64,000 bases of DNA, taken from Ignavibacteria bacterium (GTDB taxonomy: Bacteria; Bacteroidota; Ignavibacteria; Tepidaquicellales; OLB5). Below are positions 38,947-49,017 of the stretch, piece after piece. Location of the stretch: positions 1,685 through 65,684 of the forward strand of contig JAUQWQ010000041.1 in the NCBI GenBank assembly GCA_030835085.1, in the 5' to 3' direction. Both the position numbers and the translations under genes were made by a program. Position 1 is the stretch's first letter, and every line of letters starts with the position of its first letter. Under the pieces are notes generated by a model. It worked only from the letters and a program-made list of their open reading frames with translations, did no database searches and was not told the origin of the DNA.

Positions 38947-40146
38947 TTATAATTTGTTTAAAATTTTTTCCGCAATTGCCTGCCCTATAGCCAGACTTGA
39001 TGTTGCAGCAGGGGAGGGAGCATTCAAAACATTAACAATGCGCCCTGAATCGTGAATCAGAAAATCATCAATCAGTTTGCCATCAATGCTGATAGCCTGC
39101 GCCCGCACGCCGGCACCGCCGGCAATAAGGTCATCTGCTGTAATTTCAGGCATCAGCTTCTGTAATGCCTTCACAAAAGCTTTCTTGCTGAACGACCTTT
39201 TAAATTCACCAAACCCGGTTTTGTAATACTTTGAAGCAATGCTGTAAAACCCTTTCCATGTGAATGTCTTAAAACTATCCTTCAAGCTGAAGCTGGTTTT
39301 ATTATATCCTTCTTTTTTAAATGAAAGAACAGCATTGGGTCCCGCTTCAACTTCACCGCTGGTCATACGTGTAAAATGCACTCCCAAAAACGGGAATGCA
39401 GGATCAGGTACAGGATATATAAGGTTTTTTACAAGGTATCTTCTTTCAGGCTTGATCTTATAATATTCTCCCCTGAAAGGAATTATCCTTGTATCGATCT
39501 TCTTTTCGCTTAAACCTGCAACTTCATCGGATTGAAGTCCGCAGCAATTTATAAAAACTTTTGTGTTAAAAGAACTGTTTTGTGTTATTATTTCAATGCT
39601 GCTTCCTGAATCATTTATCTTTACAACTTTTTCGCTGAACTTAATCTCTCCGTTTTTTTCACGGATTAGCTCAGCATATTTGCGGGATACTTCCTTATAG
39701 TCAATAATGCCTGTATATGGTACGTGAATTGCTTTAATTCCGTATGCATGAGGTTCAATTTCCTTAAGCTCCTCTTTACCTATATATCTGATCTTATCAA
39801 GACCGTTTGCAATACCACGCTCGTAAATACCGGCCAACCTTGGCAGTTCCGAATCATTTATTGCTACTATTACCTTGCCGCAAATATCATATTTTACATC
39901 GTACCTGTTACAGAAATCAAGAAGCTGATTGTATCCTGTGATACAGTTCAGCGCTTTCAGGCTTCCGGGTTTGTAATAAATGCCGGAATGTATTACGCCA
40001 CTGTTATTGCCTGTCTGGTGCCTTGCCTCACCCGTCTCTTTTTCAAGTACAAGTAACTTTGTGCCCGGTCTTGATTCAAGTATCTTTAAAGCAGTCGCAA
40101 GTCCAACTATACCTGCTCCTGCAATGATAACATCGCTTTCGATCAA
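38947..40146 (-). CDS. lhgO: L-2-hydroxyglutarate oxidase (FAD-dependent)
   Basis: VIIAGAGIVGLATA and HQTGNNSGVIHSGIYYKPGSLKA, which closely parallel E. coli LhgO (from memory). Confidence 0.85.
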   Translation of the reverse strand: MIESDVIIAGAGIVGLATALKILESRPGTKLLVLEKETGEARHQTGNNSGVIHSGIYYKPGSLKALNCITGYNQLLDFCNRYDVKYDICGKVIVAINDSELPRLAGIYERGIANGLDKIRYIGKEELKEIEPHAYGIKAIHVPYTGIIDYKEVSRKYAELIREKNGEIKFSEKVVKINDSGSSIEIITQNSSFNTKVFINCCGLQSDEVAGLSEKKIDTRIIPFRGEYYKIKPERRYLVKNLIYPVPDPAFPFLGVHFTRMTSGEVEAGPNAVLSFKKEGYNKTSFSLKDSFKTFTWKGFYSIASKYYKTGFGEFKRSFSKKAFVKALQKLMPEITADDLIAGGAGVRAQAISIDGKLIDDFLIHDSGRIVNVLNAPSPAATSSLAIGQAIAEKILNKL

Positions 40147-40151
40147 TTTAC

Positions 40152-41705
40152 TTATTTATATATCTTCTCGGCAACAATCTTGGTCTGCATGAACAGAAGC
40201 AGGTAATCAAATCCGCCTGCCTTGGAGCATGTACCGCTCATATTATACCCGCCAAACGGGTGAACACCAACAAGTGCTCCGGTGCATTTCCTGTTCAGGT
40301 ATAAGTTGCCGACAAATATCTCTTCTGCTGCTTTTTTGATCTTCTTTTTATCTTTTGAATATGCTGCACCGGTCAGGCCATACTCTGTATTATTTGCTAT
40401 CTGTATACCTTCATCAAAATCCTTAGCCTTAATGACAGCAAGAACCGGTCCGAATATCTCTTCCTGGGAAATTGTATCTTCAGGTTTTACATCAGCAATA
40501 ATTGTTGGCTGAATGAAATAACCGCTCTCGTTCGCCTTCGAGCCGCCAAACACAATTCTTCCGCCTTCAGCAACGCCTTTTTGAATATAAGCCAGAATGC
40601 TGTCTTCGGATTTTTTGTTTATGACTGCTGCCATGCCGGGATTCTCTTCAGCGGGTCCGACCTTTATGCCTGCTGCTTTATCAACAAGCAGGTCTATGAA
40701 CTTATCATATATCTTTTCATGTACAATTACTCTCGAGCAGGCTGAGCATTTCTGCCCCTGGAAACCGAAAGCAGATGAAATAACTCCGGCTGCTGCTTCT
40801 TCAATAGATTTTAATTCGCCATCTACTACAATTGAATCTTTGCCGCCCATTTCAGCGGTGACGCGTTTTATCCATTTTTGTCCGGGCTGCGGTTTTGCTG
40901 CAAGCTGGTTAATATGCAGACCCACTTCTCGTGAACCTGTAAATGAAATGAATCTTGTCAGCGGATGCTCAACGATCATATCACCGATAAGTCCCCCTGA
41001 GCCCGGCAGGAAATTAACAACACCTGCAGGTAATTTTATCTCTTCAAGCAGTTCCATGAACTTCCATGCTATTACAGGTGAATCACTAGACGGCTTTAGC
41101 ACAACAGTATTGCCTGTAACAAATGCGGCAGTTGTCATGCCAACTAAAATTGCCAGCGGGAAATTCCATGGCGGAATTACCACACCAACACCAAGCGGAA
41201 TGTAATGCTGGCGGTTATCTTCGCCTTTGATCTTCACAAGCTTTATGCTTTTATCGTAGCGGAGCATCTCTCTTGCATAGAATTCCATAAAGTCAATTGC
41301 CTCTGCTACATCGCCGTCAGCTTCTGCCCAGTTCTTGCCTACTTCGTAAACCATCCATGCGGCAAATTCAAATTTCCGTTTGCGCATAATTTTGGCAGCC
41401 TTAAAAAGGAACGCTGCACGTTTTTTTGCGGGTACTCTTTTCCATTCATCAAATTTTGCGTATGCTGTTTCAATAGCGCGGTTTGCAAGCTCAGGCGAAG
41501 CCTTAGATGCCCTGCCTATAACTTCATTTGTATTTGACGGATTAATGGAAGTGATCTTATCTTCAGTGAATATCTTTTCTCCGCCAATAACAAGGGGATA
41601 CTCATTATTTAATTCACTTTTAACTTTAGCAAGAGCTTCGCGGAATTTATTCGCATTTTTGGGGATTGAAAAATCTGTAAACGGTTCGTTTCTGAAAGCC
41701 TTCAT
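40152..41705 (-). CDS. pruA: L-glutamate gamma-semialdehyde (1-pyrroline-5-carboxylate) dehydrogenase
   Basis: NEPFTDFS, AEADGDVAEAIDFMEFYAREM, EMGGKD and GFQGQKCSA (catalytic Cys). Bacillus RocA-like length. Confidence 0.9.
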   Translation of the reverse strand: MKAFRNEPFTDFSIPKNANKFREALAKVKSELNNEYPLVIGGEKIFTEDKITSINPSNTNEVIGRASKASPELANRAIETAYAKFDEWKRVPAKKRAAFLFKAAKIMRKRKFEFAAWMVYEVGKNWAEADGDVAEAIDFMEFYAREMLRYDKSIKLVKIKGEDNRQHYIPLGVGVVIPPWNFPLAILVGMTTAAFVTGNTVVLKPSSDSPVIAWKFMELLEEIKLPAGVVNFLPGSGGLIGDMIVEHPLTRFISFTGSREVGLHINQLAAKPQPGQKWIKRVTAEMGGKDSIVVDGELKSIEEAAAGVISSAFGFQGQKCSACSRVIVHEKIYDKFIDLLVDKAAGIKVGPAEENPGMAAVINKKSEDSILAYIQKGVAEGGRIVFGGSKANESGYFIQPTIIADVKPEDTISQEEIFGPVLAVIKAKDFDEGIQIANNTEYGLTGAAYSKDKKKIKKAAEEIFVGNLYLNRKCTGALVGVHPFGGYNMSGTCSKAGGFDYLLLFMQTKIVAEKIYK

Positions 41706-41767
41706 ATATTTATTATATACCTTTAATGTTATTTAATAATTTGAAATTATATTCTGTTTTTAAAATC

Positions 41768-43051
41768 CTAAAATCCAAGTATCCTGCAAATTTCATCATG
41801 CAGTTTCGGTCTGATGCTTCTGACTTCTTCACTTGAGCGTGTTGGGTAAACCCTGTTTGTCAGAAAAATAACTACCAGGTCCTTTTCTCTATCACACCAG
41901 ACAGATGTACCGGTATAGCCTGTATGCCCGAAACAATTAGCTGAAAACTTATTACCGCATGCCGGCGGATATTTTGTCGGTTCAGGTTTGGTTTCCCATC
42001 CCAAAGCTCTTGTGTTTGCATAACCAAGTCCGGTTGCTTTTGAAGTGAAGAGCTCAACGGTTGAGGCAGTAAACATAGTATCCTGAAGCGGAAGAGGAGA
42101 CATTCGGCGCTCATCAGTGAACCTTCCGTTGTTGAGCATCATCTGCATGAATTTGAAAAGATCAGGTCCAGTGGAAAACAAACCGGCATTACCTGAAACA
42201 CCTTCCAGGATCGCTGCCAGCTCATCATGCACATAGCCAACAAGAAGCTGATTGCGCCAATAAGTATCATTTTCGGTCGGTGCTATCCTGTAATCTTCGC
42301 TCATAGGTACAAGGAAATATGTATCTGTCATGTTGAGTTTGCTGAAGATCTTATCTTTACAGTACTGGTCAAGTTTCTGGCCGCTAATACGCTCAACAAT
42401 TTCACCAAGCAGGAAAGCATTATAATCGCTGTACAATGTACGTGAACCGGTTTCATATTCTTTTGCGCAATTGTAAATTGCATCTTTTACCTTTTGCGGT
42501 GAATCCATATTCGGGTCCTGGTAGAACGGAGTCCATGCAGTTAGACCGGAATTATGTACAAGCAGGTTATATACAGTGATATCATTTTTCCCGTTATTGC
42601 CAAATTCAGGTATGTATTGGTATACCGGTGCGTTCAGGTCAATTTTGCCTGCATCATACAGCTGCATAACAGCAGCGGTTGTTGCAATTACTTTTGTGAC
42701 TGAAGCAAGATCGTATATGGTTCTAAGTGTGGTTGCTTCAGATTCTTCACCGTATGTCAGTCTGCCATAAGCATTCTGGTAGATAATTCCTTTTGAATTT
42801 CCTACAACCAATACTGCAGATGGAAATGCCCGGGTGCGGATGCCGTCATCAATGAGTTTATCAACCTGTGTAAAATCAACGGATCCATTTTCTGAATAAA
42901 TAACTGCAGAATAATTACAAAGAACAAACAATAACAATGCCGGAATGAATTTACCGTATGGCATAAAATTCCTCAAAAACAGGTGAGAATTATGACATTT
43001 TGGCTTATTCATTTGAAATTTTAATTGTTTACAAATATACCTATTAAGCAT
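41768..43051 (-). CDS. Serine hydrolase, beta-lactamase (class C)/PBP family
   Basis: SxxK motif LASVTKV and the C-terminal GHTGYTGTS. The likely true start is the internal Met at complement 42964 (MPYGKFIPALLLFVL signal peptide). Confidence 0.85.
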   Translation of the reverse strand: MLNRYICKQLKFQMNKPKCHNSHLFLRNFMPYGKFIPALLLFVLCNYSAVIYSENGSVDFTQVDKLIDDGIRTRAFPSAVLVVGNSKGIIYQNAYGRLTYGEESEATTLRTIYDLASVTKVIATTAAVMQLYDAGKIDLNAPVYQYIPEFGNNGKNDITVYNLLVHNSGLTAWTPFYQDPNMDSPQKVKDAIYNCAKEYETGSRTLYSDYNAFLLGEIVERISGQKLDQYCKDKIFSKLNMTDTYFLVPMSEDYRIAPTENDTYWRNQLLVGYVHDELAAILEGVSGNAGLFSTGPDLFKFMQMMLNNGRFTDERRMSPLPLQDTMFTASTVELFTSKATGLGYANTRALGWETKPEPTKYPPACGNKFSANCFGHTGYTGTSVWCDREKDLVVIFLTNRVYPTRSSEEVRSIRPKLHDEICRILGF

Positions 43052-43103
43052 TTAAGTCTCAATGAAATATACAGTATATTACTTCAATATGGAATTTAAC
43101 CAT

Positions 43104-43138
43104 AAAAAAAGCTTCCCGGCTTTGCTGCCGTGAAGCTT
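43104..43138 (-). terminator. Intrinsic terminator (minus strand)
   Basis: Minus strand: aagcttc-acggcagcaaagccgg-gaagctt followed by T7. Confidence 0.7.
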
Positions 43139-43161
43139 AAAATTGAAGGAAAGTTAATGAG

Positions 43162-43737
43162 TTAATCCTTCTTAATATTGGTAATTTCCATTGTCTTGAA
43201 TTCTTTACCATCAGGACCCGGACCGTACATTTCCATTTTAACGCTTCCATCGCTGTTGTAAGTCACTACCTGTCTTACATCAACCCAACCCCCGGACATC
43301 GGGTCAACTGTTTTACCGGTATAATGGATCTGCTTTGCTGCTTCATCCCATTTTCCGGTCATGTACATAATACCTGAGCCCATGTTGTCAATCCAGGTTG
43401 TCATAAATAATTTCGCAGAGTTATCGTATCCTTCCAGAGACATGCCGTCAAAAGGCATTCCCATCATAGAGCCTGATACTTTTGTAGAAAGGTATCTTCC
43501 GCCCAGTATCATTTCTGATACAGCAGTTGCTTCTGAAACAGTAGGTTCTGTTCCGGGAGCCATCCACCAGCTTGTCTTCATGGTCCATGTACCAACACCC
43601 TGTGAAAGCATTTTATGCATATCACCGGGTGTCATATAGTCCATCCATTTTTTCATGTTGTCATCCTGGGAATTTGTGCTTCCTGTAAAAAATAACACAG
43701 TAAAAAGAGCAATGAAAATTAAAAGTGATTTCTTCAT
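43162..43737 (-). CDS. Secreted protein, DUF1579-like
   Basis: Signal peptide. The pattern HKMLSQGVGTWTMKTSWWMAPG...GRYL...MGMPFDGMSLEGYDN resembles DUF1579 (from memory; moderate certainty). Confidence 0.55.
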   Translation of the reverse strand: MKKSLLIFIALFTVLFFTGSTNSQDDNMKKWMDYMTPGDMHKMLSQGVGTWTMKTSWWMAPGTEPTVSEATAVSEMILGGRYLSTKVSGSMMGMPFDGMSLEGYDNSAKLFMTTWIDNMGSGIMYMTGKWDEAAKQIHYTGKTVDPMSGGWVDVRQVVTYNSDGSVKMEMYGPGPDGKEFKTMEITNIKKD

Positions 43738-43760
43738 GGCTGTTGAGAATTTAAATTTAT

Positions 43761-43788
43761 AAAAAATCCCGTCATTTAAACGGGATTT
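43761..43788 (-). terminator. Intrinsic terminator (minus strand)
   Basis: Minus strand: atcccgt-ttaaatg-acgggat followed by T6. Confidence 0.7.
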
Positions 43789-43807
43789 AAGTTAATTGGA
43801 AAAAAAT

Positions 43808-44479
43808 CTATTTTTTCTTTCTTTGAGAGTAGTATGCAAAACCAATAAGCATAGTGCCCATTACCATTCCGATAAGTCCGCACAGCTTGCCGCCTGCCTT
43901 TTTAACTACAGTTGTCATTTCAATATCTTTACCAAGATCTGCAAGAGTATATGAATATTTTACAGTCTGTCCGTCTTTTGTACCGTTAGTGGAAACAATT
44001 TCAGAAGGCATTGTGAATTCATATGTAACTTTATAATCGCTTGCACTCATCTGCTTAGCTGCTGATGTATCCTGAAGCAGAATATATTTCAGTTCCATTC
44101 CGTCTTTATGCTCTTTCCATGTAACCTTTGCGCTTTCAAATCCTTTTGCATCGCTTAGTTTATTGATGTCCTTGAAAGTGAGATCAATATTAACATGTTT
44201 TGTTGAGTCATCAAGCTTTTCTTCAACCTTGATGCTTGTTACATCTGTATTGCTGCTTTTGTATTTATCCTTGGCTTTTGCCTCGTCAAATTCAAACTTG
44301 CCAAGTGTTGTACCCATCGAAAAATTCTTCATGCTGCTCCAGTAGTGGATCTTCATTGAACCTGAACCGTCTTCTTTTAAAGTGGTCTTCTGGTCATAGT
44401 TAACGCAGCCTACCAAATATATTGAAACGGCAAAAATAAATGCTGTTAAAACAGACATTAATTTGAACCTGTTATTCAT
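43808..44479 (-). CDS. Lipoprotein with an additional C-terminal hydrophobic helix plus basic tail, unknown function
   Basis: Lipobox LVGC at the N-terminus. C-terminus KKAGGKLCGLIGMVMGTMLIGFAYYSQRKKK. Confidence 0.6.
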   Translation of the reverse strand: MNNRFKLMSVLTAFIFAVSIYLVGCVNYDQKTTLKEDGSGSMKIHYWSSMKNFSMGTTLGKFEFDEAKAKDKYKSSNTDVTSIKVEEKLDDSTKHVNIDLTFKDINKLSDAKGFESAKVTWKEHKDGMELKYILLQDTSAAKQMSASDYKVTYEFTMPSEIVSTNGTKDGQTVKYSYTLADLGKDIEMTTVVKKAGGKLCGLIGMVMGTMLIGFAYYSQRKKK

Positions 44480-44560
44480 TATTATTTCCTTCCTGTATAA
44501 TTAATGGTCTACAAATATAATAAATAAAAATAAGATATTGTCCTCATAATATAGTAATTT

Positions 44561-46453
44561 TCACTTTATTAACACCATTTTTTTGGTTTCAGAAAAATTG
44601 CCGGAAATCAACCGGTAAAAATATATGCCCGAAGGGCAGTTTGATCCGTCATACCGGTATTCATAAATTCCCGGATCTAAATCACTTTCTGTAAGAGCGA
44701 ATTCTTCCTTACCAAGTATATCGTAAACGAAAAAGAATACTTTTCCTTTAACGGGAATTTCAAACCGGATCTTTGTAACCGGATTAAACGGGTTAGGATA
44801 GTTGTTATAAAGCTTAAACTCCTTCGGAATTTCTGTGCTTATTTGGTTTAATCCAACCAAAAATGTACCGAATTTCCATACAGAAGAATACGGACTGGTG
44901 CCGATTACATTTTTTGCATTTACACGCCACCAGTAATACCTGTTGGTAAGCAGATTTGTAACCAAAATTGTTGAGTCTGCCAGCGTTGAATCATTTACGA
45001 TCATGTTTGTAAATAAGGAATCCTGTGCAACCTGCAGCCTGTATGTTAATGCGCCGATTGACTTGTTCCATATGAAGCGCACGGTTGATAACTGGTTAAA
45101 TGAATTGTTTGGGGGTGATACCAGAAATGGGGGAAGGGGCGGAGCTGTAATGCAAATTGTTGTTAGTATTCCCCCTGAACCAATTGTTGGTGCGGATGTT
45201 GTTACGGCCGGGTTTTGAGTAACTACTGTAAATGTTGGGCTGGTTGCAGTGCCGCTTGTACCGGTTGAACTTACCGGAGATGTAGTATTACCGCAAGTAT
45301 TGCCTGATTCATCAAATTTCACAATGAATATATCTTTCCCGCCGTTCCCAAAAGAAGTTGTATAACCGGTTGCTATAAAACCTCCGTCGTTTGCATCAAT
45401 AACGGATATAGCCTGGTCATCACCGGTACCGCCCACAGTTTTACTCCATTGCAGTACCCCGCTGTTGTTGAGTTTCACTATGAATATATCATTTCCTCCG
45501 GCACCGTACGAGTTTGTGTAACCCGATAAAATATAACTTCCATCAATGGTTTGAAATACCGAATTAGCCATATCATACCCGGTTCCAATGATTGTTCTTG
45601 TCCACTGAATTGTTCCGCTGCTGTTAAGCTTAACAACATACATATCATAATTACCTGTGCCGGTTGGTGTATGCTCGCCGGCTAATACGTAACCACCATC
45701 TGTTGTTTGCTTTATAGAATATATATGGCTCCCGGTACCGGATTCTCCAATCAGCCTGTTCCATTGAATATTACCATCATTATCGGTTTTTATAAAGTTG
45801 AAAAGATTGTATGGTCCAAAGGAGTTACTGTATCCCGCAAATGCCAATCCACCTTCTGAAGTTTTGATTATACAATAAGCAGGTTCATCATGAGATCCTC
45901 CATATGTTTTGCTCCATAGTATATTTCCGGCTGAATTAAGCTTAACAATGAACATATCGGAAGAAAATACTCCACCCGTAGATGAAACGCCACTGATGGC
46001 ATATCCACCATCTGTAGTTTGAACTATTGAACATGCATAATCATATGCAGCCCTGTTAATTGTTCTGGTCCATTGAATATTACCTGCTGCATCAAGCCTG
46101 ATAATTAACCAGTCAGCTGTTGTTGAGCTGTAATCATAGGTATCTCCGGCAATTGCATATCCGCCGTCTGGTGTCTGAATGATAGAACGTGCTATATCTG
46201 AATTAATACCTCCTATTGTTTTTGTCCATAGAATAGACCCGCTTACTGTGCATTTTACAATGTACATATCCTCATATCCTGAAGCAAATGAATAAGTATA
46301 GCCGGCTACAGCAAAACCCCCGTCATTTGTCATTATAATACAATTAGCCTGGTCATGATTTGTTCCGCCAATCGTTCGCTGCCATTGTGACTGTGCGTTT
46401 AAATAATGAGTAGTGCAGCAGCCAATGAGTAATAAAAAAAATATTTTTTTCAT
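44561..46453 (-). CDS. Secreted beta-propeller-like repeat protein with an FN3-like module and a T9SS C-terminal sorting domain
   Basis: Signal peptide. About 7-8 repeats of about 47 aa (W.KTIGG...D.A.SIIQT.DGGY...G.T.S.....D..IVKLN..G.I.W). Ser/Thr linker. C-terminus NNYPNPFNPVTKIRFEIP...GIYFYRLISGNFSETKKMVLIK. Confidence 0.85.
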   Translation of the reverse strand: MKKIFFLLLIGCCTTHYLNAQSQWQRTIGGTNHDQANCIIMTNDGGFAVAGYTYSFASGYEDMYIVKCTVSGSILWTKTIGGINSDIARSIIQTPDGGYAIAGDTYDYSSTTADWLIIRLDAAGNIQWTRTINRAAYDYACSIVQTTDGGYAISGVSSTGGVFSSDMFIVKLNSAGNILWSKTYGGSHDEPAYCIIKTSEGGLAFAGYSNSFGPYNLFNFIKTDNDGNIQWNRLIGESGTGSHIYSIKQTTDGGYVLAGEHTPTGTGNYDMYVVKLNSSGTIQWTRTIIGTGYDMANSVFQTIDGSYILSGYTNSYGAGGNDIFIVKLNNSGVLQWSKTVGGTGDDQAISVIDANDGGFIATGYTTSFGNGGKDIFIVKFDESGNTCGNTTSPVSSTGTSGTATSPTFTVVTQNPAVTTSAPTIGSGGILTTICITAPPLPPFLVSPPNNSFNQLSTVRFIWNKSIGALTYRLQVAQDSLFTNMIVNDSTLADSTILVTNLLTNRYYWWRVNAKNVIGTSPYSSVWKFGTFLVGLNQISTEIPKEFKLYNNYPNPFNPVTKIRFEIPVKGKVFFFVYDILGKEEFALTESDLDPGIYEYRYDGSNCPSGIYFYRLISGNFSETKKMVLIK

Positions 46454-46855
46454 TTTATTAACTCCTTATAAATTCAATTAATGAACTTTTCTTATTGTAT
46501 AATTTTTCAGGAAAGGGACAATGTACCAGGCGAAAACTGTTTATAAATTTCCCTGTGATCAATTTTATCACAATGGATAAAGTGGATTGGCCGGAGAATT
46601 TCTGTTCGTACAACATAATATTTCCTGCCGGTATATGCTGCTGCTTTACAAATATAATTTAACAAAATCGATATTGAACCATATTAAATCATAGTTCCAT
46701 TTTTAGAAAGCAATGAAAGTTCCTTTAAGTATTGAAGAATTTTTCAAAAAGCTTAGTTCAAATCTGTTTTTGGCAGAATTCTTGTTTTTTGAAAAGGAAA
46801 GCTGGTGAAAATCAAATAGACTAGTATATGAAACATACTACAATAATTTTTGTGA

Positions 46856-47017
46856 AACAAAATATTGATAACTGAGAGTCCCGACACATATTATCCAAGT
46901 CCGTTCAATAATGTTACTTATAATGTGCAGTCAGACAACGAAAGTAACATTGAAAAATTCAAACAGGGCATGATAAGCATTTCATCAGACATAAAAGTGG
47001 TTTTCCTGTTAAAATAA
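46856..47017 (+). pseudogene. Relic of a T9SS C-terminal sorting domain (decayed cargo gene)
   Basis: The frame open from 46856 reads ..ITESPDTYYPSPFNNVTYNVQSD...SSDIKVVFLLK-stop. YPxPFNxVT and the K.V.LLK terminus match both ends of the seven intact sorting domains in the window. The middle is missing, there is no start codon, and stops occur upstream in all frames. Confidence 0.4.
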
Positions 47018-47036
47018 ACTTGCAGAAAATGAAAAC

Positions 47037-48824
47037 TTATTTAATTATGGATGTCCCGAATTTGTGATCTTCTGAAATCGTTACAGGCAGCCTGCCTTTA
47101 AACTTAACTGCACCTGTAATAGCTTTTAATGCTGCTTTGATGGAAAAATCAGAATCGCCGTAAGCGCAGATGTAAGAAGGAGTAGTCGGGAATTCCTTAA
47201 GTAAATACGGATTTCCAAAAGAAATAACAGCAAGATTTTTGCCGGTCTCTTTAAGCCTGTTAACAAGATCAATATTTGCAGATGATACAGATATTTTTCC
47301 GGTGCCATAGCGCACTTTTGCATATATTGCTACTACAATGTTATCATACCCTGATAAGCTGCTTAAAGAACCTTTCAGCTCACTATCCATTGCGGAGCTT
47401 GTTGCTGTATAAAAAGTGCTTTCTTTAAAATAATCCGGTGCCAGTGTTTTCAGGTAACCGGTATTATCAAGGTCACCTCCTTCGCTGATTATTACAAAAG
47501 CAGTTTTGCCATCTGTGATATTCTTAAATGGCAGAATATTATTATCATCTTTAACAAGTGTTATTGATTCATCCGCTATTTGCTGGGCAAGATCGTTAGC
47601 TTCGGTTGTGTTAACTGATTTATATACATCTGCTTCCTGAACCTCCTTATGCTGAAAGAGCCCGAGCAATTCCTTAACTTTAAGTATTTTTTCAGCAGAA
47701 CGGTTGATCCGCTCTTCGGATATCTGGCCGCTTTTTACAGCCGATTCAATAGCGTCAATTGATTTAACTTCATCAATCGGCATAAGGATAAGATCTATGC
47801 CGGCATTAACACACATAACCGCAACTTCAGATGTTGAAAAATATTTTGTGATACCTTTCATGTTCAGTGCATCTGTAACTACAAGTCCTTTAAAATTCAT
47901 CTTATCGATAAGAAGGTCCTGCACTATAGCTGGAGAAAGTGAAGCCGGAATATTAGGCTGTGATTCAAGCTCAGGAAAAGCCAGGTGAGCTATCATGACT
48001 GACATTACACCTTTATCAATTGCATTTTTGAACGGAACCAGCTCAACCGAATTCATTCTGTCCATTGTGAAATTCAGCTGGGGCAGGTCGTTGTGTGAAT
48101 CAATATCTGTATCGCCGTGGCCGGGAAAGTGTTTTGCTGTCGCTATGACTTTACCATCCTGCAGCCCTTTTATCATTGCTTCGGACATTCTTGAAACAAG
48201 CTGCGGGTCTTCGCCGAAAGAACGTACATTAATAATGGGGTTGTTGGGATTATTATTTACGTCGCAAACAGGTGAATAATTCTGATGAATGCCAAGCAGG
48301 CGTGTTTCGCGTGCAATTTCGAGTCCCATTTTATAACAAAGCTCTTTATTATCGGCCGCGCCAATTGCCATATTGGTAGGGAAGAGGGCTCCGTCGGTAA
48401 CACGCATTCTTGTACCGCGTTCAAAATCACTGCCAATCAGTAATGGTACATCAGAATTTGACTGGAGTATGTTTGAAAGCCTTGCATAATCTGATGAGCT
48501 GCCTTTGAAGAATATAAAACCGCCGACTTTTGTATCTGTACAGAGTTTTTTTAGTTTTTTTACTTCTGCGGAGCTCTCATTAAAATTTTCAGGAACAGCA
48601 TTGGCAACTATCATTTGTGCTATTTTTTCCCTCAGCGTCATTTCTGATAATTTCTTTTTTACAAATTCTCCCTGCGGCTGCTGCCACTCTATTTTATTAT
48701 CATTAAGGCTGTTTTCTGATTTTATTTTCTCTGCTTTGTTAATTGTTATCAGGGTAAATGTAATTATTGCTAATAAAACAATGCCGGCTAAAATTTTCAT
48801 TTTCAGGTATTTTAAATTCATCAT
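47037..48824 (-). CDS. Glycoside hydrolase family 3 (NagZ-like beta-N-acetylhexosaminidase with a C-terminal domain)
   Basis: KHFPGHGDTDIDSH, the catalytic region GLVVTDAL and an N-terminal signal anchor. Confidence 0.88.
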   Translation of the reverse strand: MMNLKYLKMKILAGIVLLAIITFTLITINKAEKIKSENSLNDNKIEWQQPQGEFVKKKLSEMTLREKIAQMIVANAVPENFNESSAEVKKLKKLCTDTKVGGFIFFKGSSSDYARLSNILQSNSDVPLLIGSDFERGTRMRVTDGALFPTNMAIGAADNKELCYKMGLEIARETRLLGIHQNYSPVCDVNNNPNNPIINVRSFGEDPQLVSRMSEAMIKGLQDGKVIATAKHFPGHGDTDIDSHNDLPQLNFTMDRMNSVELVPFKNAIDKGVMSVMIAHLAFPELESQPNIPASLSPAIVQDLLIDKMNFKGLVVTDALNMKGITKYFSTSEVAVMCVNAGIDLILMPIDEVKSIDAIESAVKSGQISEERINRSAEKILKVKELLGLFQHKEVQEADVYKSVNTTEANDLAQQIADESITLVKDDNNILPFKNITDGKTAFVIISEGGDLDNTGYLKTLAPDYFKESTFYTATSSAMDSELKGSLSSLSGYDNIVVAIYAKVRYGTGKISVSSANIDLVNRLKETGKNLAVISFGNPYLLKEFPTTPSYICAYGDSDFSIKAALKAITGAVKFKGRLPVTISEDHKFGTSIIK

Positions 48825-49017
48825 TTAAATACATTTAAGTACAAATTTACTGATTATTTAACAAATAATGAACATTTCAAAATTCAAAACGTAAATATAG
48901 CTATAATAGCTAACCATAATAATTATTGACATAACGATATAAGTTAACTAAATTAATGTTAAATACTTCAATATTTCATCAATTAATTTCCGCAAAAAAT
49001 GCGGATAGGGGGAAAAG

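Noticed and set aside
46713-46808. 31-codon ORF MKVPLSIEEFFKKLSSNLFLAEFLFFEKESW in the long gap
   Set aside because: No SD and no recognisable similarity, and it lies in a region that looks like decayed sequence. The evidence is insufficient.
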